From positions 76,267-140,266 of IMG/VR virus record IMGVR_UViG_3300027969_000050: a stretch of 64,000 nucleotides of DNA. One strand, 5' to 3'. Under the pieces are notes generated by a model, which did no database searches, was not told the DNA's origin, and saw nothing but the letters and a program-made list of their open reading frames with translations. This DNA comes from a virus. Positions 35,898 to 43,757 of this stretch are shown piece by piece (position 1 is the first letter of the stretch; the number at the start of each line of letters is the position of its first letter). The position numbers and the translations under genes were made by a program.

Positions 35898-37307
35898 TTA
35901 CTTAAAGTAAGAAACATCGCAATGACCAATCCCGTCACATGTGTGTGGCGTTGGTCCGGTTTGCCCATCCGTAAACTGAACCGCCCAGAGGTTCTTCTTG
36001 GCGATTTCCGGAACATTAGATTCCGGACTTGATGAATAATTTGCGTGCCAGTAACGAAGCGGCTTTTTGTTTTGATCCACTGGCCACTTTTCCAGAGTTC
36101 CATTAATGTACCAGCCGCCACTGTAGAGAACGCGAACTGTGTATCCAAGACGCGCTACCTCTTTGATGAAGGTCGCAACCCAAACATCTCCCTTTTTGTT
36201 CTCAAATTTCGGATCTTCCCAATCGAGGACGATTCGTTCGTCTGCCTTTAGCTTGCCCGCTTTTTTGATTGCATCAACAAGGTTCTTGGCTTCCGCCTCT
36301 GGCTTGTTACCGTTTCCGGGACGAGCAAAGTGATAGACAAATCGAGTCAACCCAAGCTTACCGGCTTCTGCAAATCGCTTTACAAACTCATGGTCTTGGA
36401 AGGTAGCACCTTCGCTTGCCTTAAGAATAATGAGAGAATGACCCGCAGCCTTGTACTTAGCCAAATCAATTGGGGCATCGCCCTCATAGATATCAGCAAA
36501 GTACTTAGCGTTGGGATTGGCCTTTGGCTTTTTTGTTGCCTTTGGTTTTGCGGTCGGCTTCTTCTTAGGAGCGGGTTTTGGCTTCGGGGTAGGAGTTGGG
36601 GCAGGGGTTGGTTTAGGCGTCGGCTTAACCGGAGGCTTTGGCGTTGGCGCCTTTGCCTTTGGCTTTTTTACAGCCGGTTTACGAAGAGCCTTCCAAGTTC
36701 CGAGTCCTACAACTCCGTCAGCGGTTAGCTTCTTGGCCTTTTGGAACTTGATAACCTGAGACTTAGTTGCACGGCCAAAAGTATTGCTCTTTGTCGGGTA
36801 CGGCCAGAAGCCGTGCCTCTTGAGAAGAGTTTTTAGCGTATGGACCTCGGGGCCTTTGCTGGCTCTAGTTAAGGTTGGATCAGCGTGCCATTTGACAACG
36901 GCTGGATAGTTACCAGCCCTCCATTTAAAGTGCCAAGGCTCTGAAGCGCCATCTGACCACTTTTTGGCCCAGCCAAATTGTTCGCCGTAGTTGGCAATTA
37001 AATTTTGTGTGGGCGTGTCAGCGTCAACAGCAATTCCTAATCCATGATTTGATGTTCCGGGAACAGCGGCTAGGTTTCCTCCGCTTTTGTATTTTTCCCA
37101 TGCCGCGTTTTGACTCCATGCCCCACGAGAAAGATCTCCGGGTCGTCCCAAAGGCCTGTAAGAGTCATTGACCCCAACGTTCCGTCCGTGCTTCTCTTTA
37201 CAGAAGCGAGCAAAGGCGTTCCAAGCCTCTGCGGCGTCGTCGCGTAGTTGCCCCCCGCCAGCGATGCTCGTCAGTTCATATGGTTTAAGTTTTCCGTTAG
37301 CGCTCAT
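35898..37307 (-). CDS. Endolysin: M15 (VanY-like) peptidase, peptidoglycan-binding domain, Pro/Lys linker, GH25 muramidase
   Basis: SYR, PGTSNHGLG.AVD, EPWH; FQK...ADGVVG..TW; DIY, KASEG, YHFA, VLDWE, QFT. Confidence 0.88.
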   Translation of the reverse strand: MSANGKLKPYELTSIAGGGQLRDDAAEAWNAFARFCKEKHGRNVGVNDSYRPLGRPGDLSRGAWSQNAAWEKYKSGGNLAAVPGTSNHGLGIAVDADTPTQNLIANYGEQFGWAKKWSDGASEPWHFKWRAGNYPAVVKWHADPTLTRASKGPEVHTLKTLLKRHGFWPYPTKSNTFGRATKSQVIKFQKAKKLTADGVVGLGTWKALRKPAVKKPKAKAPTPKPPVKPTPKPTPAPTPTPKPKPAPKKKPTAKPKATKKPKANPNAKYFADIYEGDAPIDLAKYKAAGHSLIILKASEGATFQDHEFVKRFAEAGKLGLTRFVYHFARPGNGNKPEAEAKNLVDAIKKAGKLKADERIVLDWEDPKFENKKGDVWVATFIKEVARLGYTVRVLYSGGWYINGTLEKWPVDQNKKPLRYWHANYSSSPESNVPEIAKKNLWAVQFTDGQTGPTPHTCDGIGHCDVSYFK

Positions 37308-37371
37308 TCATTCTCCAATATCGTTATTGTCTATTAACAGGTCGGTTTTCTATTTAAAAAATTAAGCTTAG

Positions 37372-37980
37372 TTAAAGCTTTTCTGGGTGTCTAGCGACAT
37401 AGCCAGACGTTGGTTTTAGTGGTAGTTGCCACCTTGATGGAGAAGCTCCTGATGTATCAAAAGTCACTCCGGCAACCCGCATCCAAACATGTCCTGAGTT
37501 TGGGTATACGGTGATCCACTTACCTTTACCAGATACGCCCCAAGACATGAGCGCACCAGAGGCTAAAGGGGAAGAAATCAACCTTCCTCCATGTAGCGCA
37601 TAAGAAACTGATCCCGAGCAGTCATAACCGCTTGAAGCAAACGATCCGTGACCTCCACCCCACAAGTATGGAAGGGTGGCAATTTTATTTCCCGCCCAAA
37701 TGGTCTTCTTGACCTCATTGGGGGCAGTTTCAGGAGCATATGCAGTGCCAGATAGGACGACTGCCGTGCTGCCCTCAACGGTTGGCTTGCTGCCCTTAGA
37801 AAGGACAATCGGCGCTCGCCAAACGTAATAGGGTTTTTGTGAACCAGTTTTGTACTGAACCACCTTGATAGCACCTTGAATGCCATCTGGAGATGGGTAA
37901 TATTGAACAGCCGATGCCGTCCCTGTAAAGAGAAGGCTGGTAAATAGGGCGGTTACGGCAACCGCCTTGGGGATAAACAT
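37372..37980 (-). CDS. Secreted NlpC/P60 (C40) cell-wall peptidase
   Basis: Signal peptide ending ASA; PYLWGGGH, YDCSGSVS, GHVW. Confidence 0.85.
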   Translation of the reverse strand: MFIPKAVAVTALFTSLLFTGTASAVQYYPSPDGIQGAIKVVQYKTGSQKPYYVWRAPIVLSKGSKPTVEGSTAVVLSGTAYAPETAPNEVKKTIWAGNKIATLPYLWGGGHGSFASSGYDCSGSVSYALHGGRLISSPLASGALMSWGVSGKGKWITVYPNSGHVWMRVAGVTFDTSGASPSRWQLPLKPTSGYVARHPEKL

Positions 37981-38182
37981 AAATCTTCCTTGGACCACAC
38001 CCGTTTGTCCTACATTGACTTCGCAAGCCGACTTCTAGCTGACAACTCAATACTTTCAGCTTATGGCTGGGTGAGACCTAGTGGAATCATCTCCTTCCGT
38101 CGAGGTTAACTGATCGTCGCTTACTTGATACTACTGACGAATCATTTCTTCTACCTATTAACCGCCGCTTGGAGATCAAAAA

Positions 38183-38254
38183 TGGGGGCGGAAGGACTCG
38201 AACCTTCAACCTTCGGCTTAAAAGGCCGCTGCTCTACCATTGAGCTACGCCCCC
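38183..38254 (-). tRNA. tRNA-Lys(UUU), no encoded CCA
   Basis: GGGGGCG acceptor, GCTC/GAGC D-stem, CT-TTT-AA loop, GGTTCGAGTCC T-arm. Confidence 0.95.
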
Positions 38255-38255
38255 C

Positions 38256-38622
38256 TTGGAACCGTGACTGCGACCATCGTCTATTCCGGGCAAGCCCTAG
38301 TGACTGGTCCACATCGACCTATGCGACGAATATCACACTTGGCACTCCCGTCACAGACGGGTTGATCGATGCTTGGCTCCCACAGGACTTACGGCACGGC
38401 CCGCCTTGCGATAACCTTTAATAAGACGGTACAGAACTGCATTCCAACAGTTCCCCGAATGGCCTAAAAGTGTTATCTAACTAGACCTGTTTGCCGGATA
38501 ACCGTCCGGTCGGCTCTATAGACCTGATCTCATGCAGACTCCTTGCTTTGCTGTGAATTGGACTTAACTCTTTACTCGCTAAAGTTACGCGAACAACCCA
38601 TTGACGTAACTTTAACTGCTAG
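38256..38622 (-). ncRNA. Candidate structured non-coding RNA between tRNAs
   Basis: About 365 nt with no sense-strand ORF in the track and at least five hairpins. Confidence 0.45.
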
Positions 38623-39050
38623 TACGGGGAGTGGGACTCGAACCCACACTGAAAGGATTTTAAGTCCTCGTCCTCTGCCAATTGGGATATCCCCGCCTCG
38701 ACTTCTCTGTGGCAATTAGCGCATAGAAGAACACAATTCTCTATTTCTTCCAAACCCTTTTCAAGGGTAAGAAGCGAAATGCCCCTCTTGCTTGTTTTCA
38801 GATCTGGGTTCAAATGATGAAACTCAAGAGCGCCAATATACGAATCATATCCGCACGCAACGCACTTTCCCCCAGCCGACTCAACCAATGCCTTTTTTCT
38901 TTCTCTTGCATAGTCTGAGGTTGTTTTGATATAAGGTTTTTTCTCTTTTCGGTATTTGGCTATCTTTGCTGCGTTTCTACATTTAGTAGAACAGAACTTT
39001 CTTTTGGGGCTAATGACTTCGTTTGAGCAATTATGCTTATGGCATGTCAT
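38619..39050 (-). CDS. HNH endonuclease (homing-type)
   Basis: FCSTKC; GGKCVACGY...ALEFHHLNP...CVLLCANCHRE. Confidence 0.85.
   Translation of the reverse strand: MTCHKHNCSNEVISPKRKFCSTKCRNAAKIAKYRKEKKPYIKTTSDYARERKKALVESAGGKCVACGYDSYIGALEFHHLNPDLKTSKRGISLLTLEKGLEEIENCVLLCANCHREVEAGISQLAEDEDLKSFQCGFESHSPY
38623..38696 (-). tRNA. tRNA-Leu(UAA), short variable loop, no encoded CCA
   Basis: GCGGGGA/TCCCCGT acceptor, GAGGA-CT-TAA-AA-TCCTT anticodon arm, GGTTCGAGTCC. Confidence 0.9.
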
Positions 39051-39081
39051 ACTGATTACCGAACGGTAAACACAACTTTAA

Positions 39082-39108
39082 CGTGTATACCGATTCCACC
39101 ACCCGAGC
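39082..39108 (-). pseudogene. 5' fragment of a tRNA-Leu-like gene
   Basis: GCTCGGG-TGGTGGAATCGGTATACACG is an acceptor 5' strand plus Leu-type D-arm; no anticodon arm or T-arm follows. Confidence 0.55.
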
Positions 39109-39131
39109 GGGTGAGCCTACAGTATAACAAA

Positions 39132-39204
39132 CTCCCCGACTAGGACTCGAACCTAGGACCTAACGATTAACAGTCGTTCGCTCTGCCAACTGAGCTATCG
39201 GGGA
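39132..39204 (-). tRNA. tRNA-Asn(GUU), no encoded CCA
   Basis: TCCCCGA/TCGGGGA acceptor, AACGA-CT-GTT-AA-TCGTT anticodon arm, T-arm. Confidence 0.95.
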
Positions 39205-39214
39205 CTATGTACCA

Positions 39215-39243
39215 AGGCTATCAGGAGAACTTCTTGATAGCAA
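39215..39243 (-). promoter_or_regulatory. Putative promoter of the tRNA cluster
   Basis: TTGCTA-17 nt-TAGCCT ending 10 nt before tRNA-Asn. Confidence 0.45.
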
Positions 39244-39249
39244 GGAATT

Positions 39250-39276
39250 GACGGGCCGGATTAGCTCCGACCCGCC
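39250..39276 (-). terminator. Hairpin after RNR
   Basis: GGCGGGTCGGA-GCTAA-TCCGGCCCGTC. Confidence 0.55.
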
Positions 39277-39280
39277 AGCC

Positions 39281-41012
39281 CTAAATCCCGCAGGCCCCGC
39301 CCTTACAACGCTCTTCGCTTTCCTCATAGACAACGCCAACATTATCTTTGGCGACCTCATAAGGAACAGCGCTGAGTGGCTGGCCTCCACGCGCACCGTC
39401 CGGGTAGGCTGTGATACCACGAAGGCCCGGAAGATACTTATAAAGCATGTGTGCAAAATCATCTACTTCTTGCGGATCAACAATCGGATAGGGCAGGTTG
39501 ATAGTCGAAGAAATAGCGTGATCTACATACTGCTGCAACCATGCTTGGAACGCAACTCGCTTCTCAATTATAAGCCATCGAGTAGGCGTCCTCAATGCTA
39601 TCTGGATCAACTCCTTGATCGATTAGCCTTGCGGCTGTTGGGTCAACAACGTACTGATAACGAATGACATCGCCATCATGACGCGCTTCCTTGTAACGTC
39701 GTTTGAACGCCACACAGAAGATTGGCTCAATTCCTGTAGTCGTCTCTGCGATGATTCCAATAGTCCCGGTAGGGGCAATGGCTCGAGTTTTGACAGGTGC
39801 AGAGAGATCGTGCTTAGTGGCCCACTTAGTAGCAACCTCAGTGGAAGTCGCATACACCTTAAGCCACTCTTCAAGCTCATCATTGGGTTCGTACTTGACT
39901 CCGCGCTTCAAAAGCCATTCATGAATTCCCATTAGGCCAAGACCAAGACGACGGTTCTTGCTACGAGTATCTGCGATCTCCTCGTGAGGAATATCCGAGT
40001 AAACGGTTCCGGCAACCAAGAACAGCGTTGCCAAATCCATTACTTCTTCAAGCTCCTCAACGGACTCGATGCGTGACAGGTTCAAAGAACCCAAGTTGCA
40101 GATATCCGAATCGTCAGCCGAAGTAACCTCGGTACAAGCGTTACGGAGCGTCTCACCAGCGTTATCGCCAATATCAACACTGAAACCCGGCTCGGCGGTT
40201 TTAACCATATTCTCTACGCCTAAACGGTAAATTCTATGAGCGCGTTCGTGCTTTTCATGTTTTGGATCCTCGTAAGCGGCAAAAAACTCATCATCAAGCA
40301 AAACACTCACGTTTGTGAATTCCATGCTTGCCGGGAAGTTGAAATCCTTTTCTTTCAAGGCTCGAACCTCTGGGGACCAATCCTTCATCAAAATAAAAGC
40401 TTCGCAATCTTCATGGCTCCAATTAAGTCCAGCCCAAATAGCTGAACGACGAGCGCCTCCCTGCATTACTCCACGACCAACCTCATTGACAACATTCATC
40501 AAAGGAATTGGTCCGGAGGCGATTCCTCCAGTACGAGCAATCAAAGATCCAGAAGGGCGAATGTCAGAATAATCAACTCCAACACCTGCTCCTGTCTGGA
40601 GGCTCATCGTAACCTTCTTTAAAAGATCAGCCCAACCTTCACGAGAATCTTCTGCTCGATAAAGAGCGCAATTCTGCGTCTGATGTAAACCACGACCAGA
40701 AGCATAAAGATAACGACCTCCGGGCATGAACTTACGCTCAGAGATAAATTGAACTAGTTTCTGAAACTCAGAATCATCAGATGTATAGCCAAGAGAACCA
40801 AGAACGTGAGTTACCACGCGCTCTGCGGTTTGAGGCCAGTCTTCAATTCCGTACTCGTCTTTCCAAGCATACTTCTGTTCGTAGATTGTACGAGCAAAAT
40901 CGCTAAGAGGATACTTGTCTTTTTCTGCCGATAAAACTACCGGCTCGCTACTTTTTAGTGACATTTCTTGCCTTCTGGTCTTTGGTGTATCTCTTATAGA
41001 GGTGTCGGTCAT
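39281..41012 (-). CDS. nrdJ: Class II (B12-dependent) ribonucleotide reductase, split by a frameshift near 39566
   Basis: FMPGGR, QNC, GGARRSA, RNACTE, ICNLGS, IAPTGT in 39564..41012; YVDHAISSTINLP, GITAYPDG and terminal C.GGAC in 39281..39610. Confidence 0.85.
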
Positions 41013-41171
41013 CTTGTCTAAGTGGAAACCCTGCTTGATATTAGCGATGATTTTTCTGTATTTTCTTTATATCTTTTTGGGCTATCTTAAACAGATGCCA
41101 ACTGCTTTTCCCAGCCGCCAACCAAGGTTACACCCCCTGTCAAGTGTCTTAATAAGAGGAAGGAGGTTTCT

Positions 41172-41345
41172 ATGTCTAAACAAGCAACATCAGCACTTTC
41201 AGGTTTGGTTGTGGCTATTTTTACGGCCCTAGTGGCGTTTGGAGTAATTGGTGGGGAGCAGGCTTCAGTAGTTCAGGGAGTCATCATTGCCGCAGTATCT
41301 TTTGCTGCGACGGTAGGTATCCGTTCAGCACGCGCACCCAAGTAG
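41172..41345 (+). CDS. Two-TM small membrane protein, holin-like (not in ORF track)
   Basis: AGGAGG RBS; MSKQATSALSGLVVAIFTALVAFGVIGGEQASVVQGVIIAAVSFAATVGIRSARAPK*. Confidence 0.7.
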   Translation: MSKQATSALSGLVVAIFTALVAFGVIGGEQASVVQGVIIAAVSFAATVGIRSARAPK

Positions 41346-41358
41346 TAGATTAGATATT

Positions 41359-41397
41359 GCATCCTCTGTTGACATCCGACAGGGGATGCTTTATCTT
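41359..41397 (+). promoter_or_regulatory. Terminator hairpin overlapping a SigA-type promoter
   Basis: GCATCCTCTGT/ACAGGGGATGC stem; TTGACA(41369)-17 nt-TATCTT(41392). Confidence 0.6.
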
Positions 41398-41405
41398 CTT
41401 TCTGA

Positions 41406-41714
41406 ATGGATCTTAAACCTTATCAGATCTGCCGTAGTAATGACGGCTGGGTACCGGTCAAGATCCACTCCAGCACGAACTCAGATTTGATGTATCGAGT
41501 GTACGTCAATCCTTGGGGTCAAGAGCATGAAAATATATGCGAGTGCAGGGGATACACATACACCGGGCATTGCAAACATCAACTGCTTGCGGCTGATAGC
41601 GTATGTGGGTGGAGTGAGCTGGATTGCGTTGATCAGCAAACTCCTGAGCAGATCAAAAATCGCCAATGTCCACGATGCGGTGGACCTACAAAGATCGAGG
41701 TCGAAATTGATTGA
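41406..41714 (+). CDS. SWIM zinc-finger protein
   Basis: ICECRGY...CKH; CPRCGG. Confidence 0.75.
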   Translation: MDLKPYQICRSNDGWVPVKIHSSTNSDLMYRVYVNPWGQEHENICECRGYTYTGHCKHQLLAADSVCGWSELDCVDQQTPEQIKNRQCPRCGGPTKIEVEID

Positions 41715-42123
41715 TGACGAGAACGAGCTTAATGAAGTAACTACCCTGCTTGGTAGTTCGTATAAAAAGATGAAGGAATCCGAGAAGGAAAAGAATCGGC
41801 TCAAAGAGGAATTCTTCCGCATGATCGACAACAGTGTCGGTGAGGGAGAGGCTTTTGAATACGTCAACAAAACTGATGGGCTGGTGTATTCCCGCCAGAT
41901 CAGCAACGGCGCTCCGCTTCTAGACGACGAGCGGCTTCGAGAAGAAGACCCTGAGCTTTGGGATCAAATCACATACATCCCTGAGCCAGAGCGAACTCTT
42001 AAGCCTCTGGACGAACTAGATCCAGAACTACTTGCCAAGGTCGGCAGTTACCTGATCACTGGGCGAGTCACAACCAAGCTTGGCGCCCCAAGAAAGGCAA
42101 AGCCAGAAGAACTTGCCGGATGA
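41707..42123 (+). CDS. Hypothetical protein
   Basis: GAGG RBS before TTG; coupled to neighbours. Confidence 0.6.
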   Translation: MIDDENELNEVTTLLGSSYKKMKESEKEKNRLKEEFFRMIDNSVGEGEAFEYVNKTDGLVYSRQISNGAPLLDDERLREEDPELWDQITYIPEPERTLKPLDELDPELLAKVGSYLITGRVTTKLGAPRKAKPEELAG

Positions 42124-42380
42124 GCGATAAGTTCTACTTCACCGTCACGGACCTTGCTCGAATGATGAACAAGTCTCCGGTAACGGTTAGAAGCTGGGAG
42201 CGCAAAGGGTTGATCTCCCTGCCGCGAGATTCGGGCGGCGATAGAAAGATGTCTATCGAGGACGTCAAGAATACTGCGACCATTGCCAAGCAGTTAGGGC
42301 GCATACCAGAATCTAGACTAGAGCTGATAGTGTCTGCCCTAACGCTGCTCTCATATATAGAGAAGGAGAACAAGAAATGA
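42120..42380 (+). CDS. MerR-type HTH DNA-binding protein
   Basis: TVTDLARMMNKSPVTVRSWERKGLI..PRDSGGDR. Confidence 0.8.
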   Translation: MSDKFYFTVTDLARMMNKSPVTVRSWERKGLISLPRDSGGDRKMSIEDVKNTATIAKQLGRIPESRLELIVSALTLLSYIEKENKK

Positions 42381-42955
42381 AAATCGCACTAATCGGGGCG
42401 CCGGGATCCGGCAAAACCCAACTAGCCAAAGAAATTGCAAAAGAGCTAGACCTCAAAATTGTTGATGGCTATGCGGAAGCGTGGAGCGAGCGAACCGGCC
42501 TTACAGTCGGCTTCACGGGAGGCTACACGCATTCGCTAGGCGTAGCCCTTGAACGAATCTTTAAAGAGCGCGAGCTAGAGGACGACTTTGTAACCTGCGG
42601 ATCAACTCTAGATAGCTTGCTCTACATGGCTCTGATGTCGCTCAGCAACCCTAACAATGTTGAGTTCATTCGTGCGAAGTCCTACATGGAAGTTCTCTCA
42701 ATGCTTTTCTATGACTTCTGGGGATACGATCACGTTTTCTTTTGCAGGCTATACGCGGAAGAGCCAGATGGAACTACAGAGAAGAACGCCAAAGAGCTGC
42801 TTAGTGGTTTTGAACTAAGCGGGGCAATTAAGTATGACTCTGAGGTCGAGGCCACACTGAAGTCATTCTTTAACGTGAAATACACGGAACTTCCAAAGGA
42901 CGAGCGACTCAAGTTCGTAATGGAGACGATCAATGATGCAAGTCAAGACAAGTAG
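42377..42955 (+). CDS. P-loop nucleotide kinase-like ATPase (AAA_28/NadR-like)
   Basis: KIALIGAPGSGKT; STLDSLLY; YDHVF. Confidence 0.7.
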   Translation: MKIALIGAPGSGKTQLAKEIAKELDLKIVDGYAEAWSERTGLTVGFTGGYTHSLGVALERIFKERELEDDFVTCGSTLDSLLYMALMSLSNPNNVEFIRAKSYMEVLSMLFYDFWGYDHVFFCRLYAEEPDGTTEKNAKELLSGFELSGAIKYDSEVEATLKSFFNVKYTELPKDERLKFVMETINDASQDK

Positions 42956-43757
42956 TCTGCGAAGGCTTTCAGACGTCGAATACGCCGAGGTCGAAGCCAA
43001 GGCAAGAATGTCCGGTGTTGGACTGAATAAATGCCCGACCTGCAAATCCACTGAAATTGAGATAGAGCCGGGAATCGCGGTATGGCCAGACGAATGTACC
43101 TATCGTTACAAAGGCCAAGTTTTCCAGTGCGATTGTAAAAATCAGATGGCGCTGCGTCGTCAATACCTTCTAGCGGGAATCCCAGACCAGTACATGCGAC
43201 TCGATTGGGGCGACTTTGTCGGATCCCAAGAGACTAGAGACGCGGTTAACTCATACATCTCTAACTGGGAGACGCTCAAAGACAACGGTCTTGGAATTGA
43301 GTTCGGGGGCAAGGGTCTTGGCATCGGGAAGACGTTCTGCGCCACTCACATCGGTAAGGAAATAATCAAGCAGGGCCAGAGGGTCCTCTTTATTCCCTTT
43401 GTTGAGATGATTAGCGCGTTTAATAAGCCGAACGCAGATGAGCTTGAGAACCGCCTAAGGGAGACCACGTTCCTTGTTTTGGACGAAATTATCCCTCCGG
43501 TATCGGAGAAGCAAGGCAATTTGTTCTCAACTCGTTATGAAGCAATTATCAGACACCGAACAAATTACAATCTGCCGACGATCATCACGACAAACCTGAC
43601 CGAGGCTGACCTGTATGATAATTACTCGAGGACATACTCTCTACTAGCAGCAAAACAGATTCGTATTGACATGGGCGGGAAAGATGCTAGGGTCAGCCGA
43701 CTGGGAAATGAGAATTTCGAAATGGCGCTAAATGGAGAGGTCCGGCCACTAACTTGA
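42933..43757 (+). CDS. DnaC/IstB-like helicase loader
   Basis: Zn-binding N-terminus; GLGIGKT; LVLDE; PTIITTN. Confidence 0.8.
   Translation: MMQVKTSSLRRLSDVEYAEVEAKARMSGVGLNKCPTCKSTEIEIEPGIAVWPDECTYRYKGQVFQCDCKNQMALRRQYLLAGIPDQYMRLDWGDFVGSQETRDAVNSYISNWETLKDNGLGIEFGGKGLGIGKTFCATHIGKEIIKQGQRVLFIPFVEMISAFNKPNADELENRLRETTFLVLDEIIPPVSEKQGNLFSTRYEAIIRHRTNYNLPTIITTNLTEADLYDNYSRTYSLLAAKQIRIDMGGKDARVSRLGNENFEMALNGEVRPLT

Noticed and set aside
38125-38421. 98-aa plus-strand ORF
   Set aside because: It is antisense to tRNA-Lys and the candidate ncRNA, and translates typical tRNA antisense text (GAEGLEPSTFGL).
38256-38622. tmRNA or RNase P RNA
   Set aside because: There are no tRNA-like termini for tmRNA, and only partial resemblance to RNase P words, without the full GAGGAAAGUCC and ACAGAA..CGGC elements.
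38619-39108. Group I intron-split tRNA or IscB/HEARO element
   Set aside because: No matching 3' tRNA half (T-arm plus CCCGAGC) was found downstream, and the ORF lacks RuvC/PLMP motifs.
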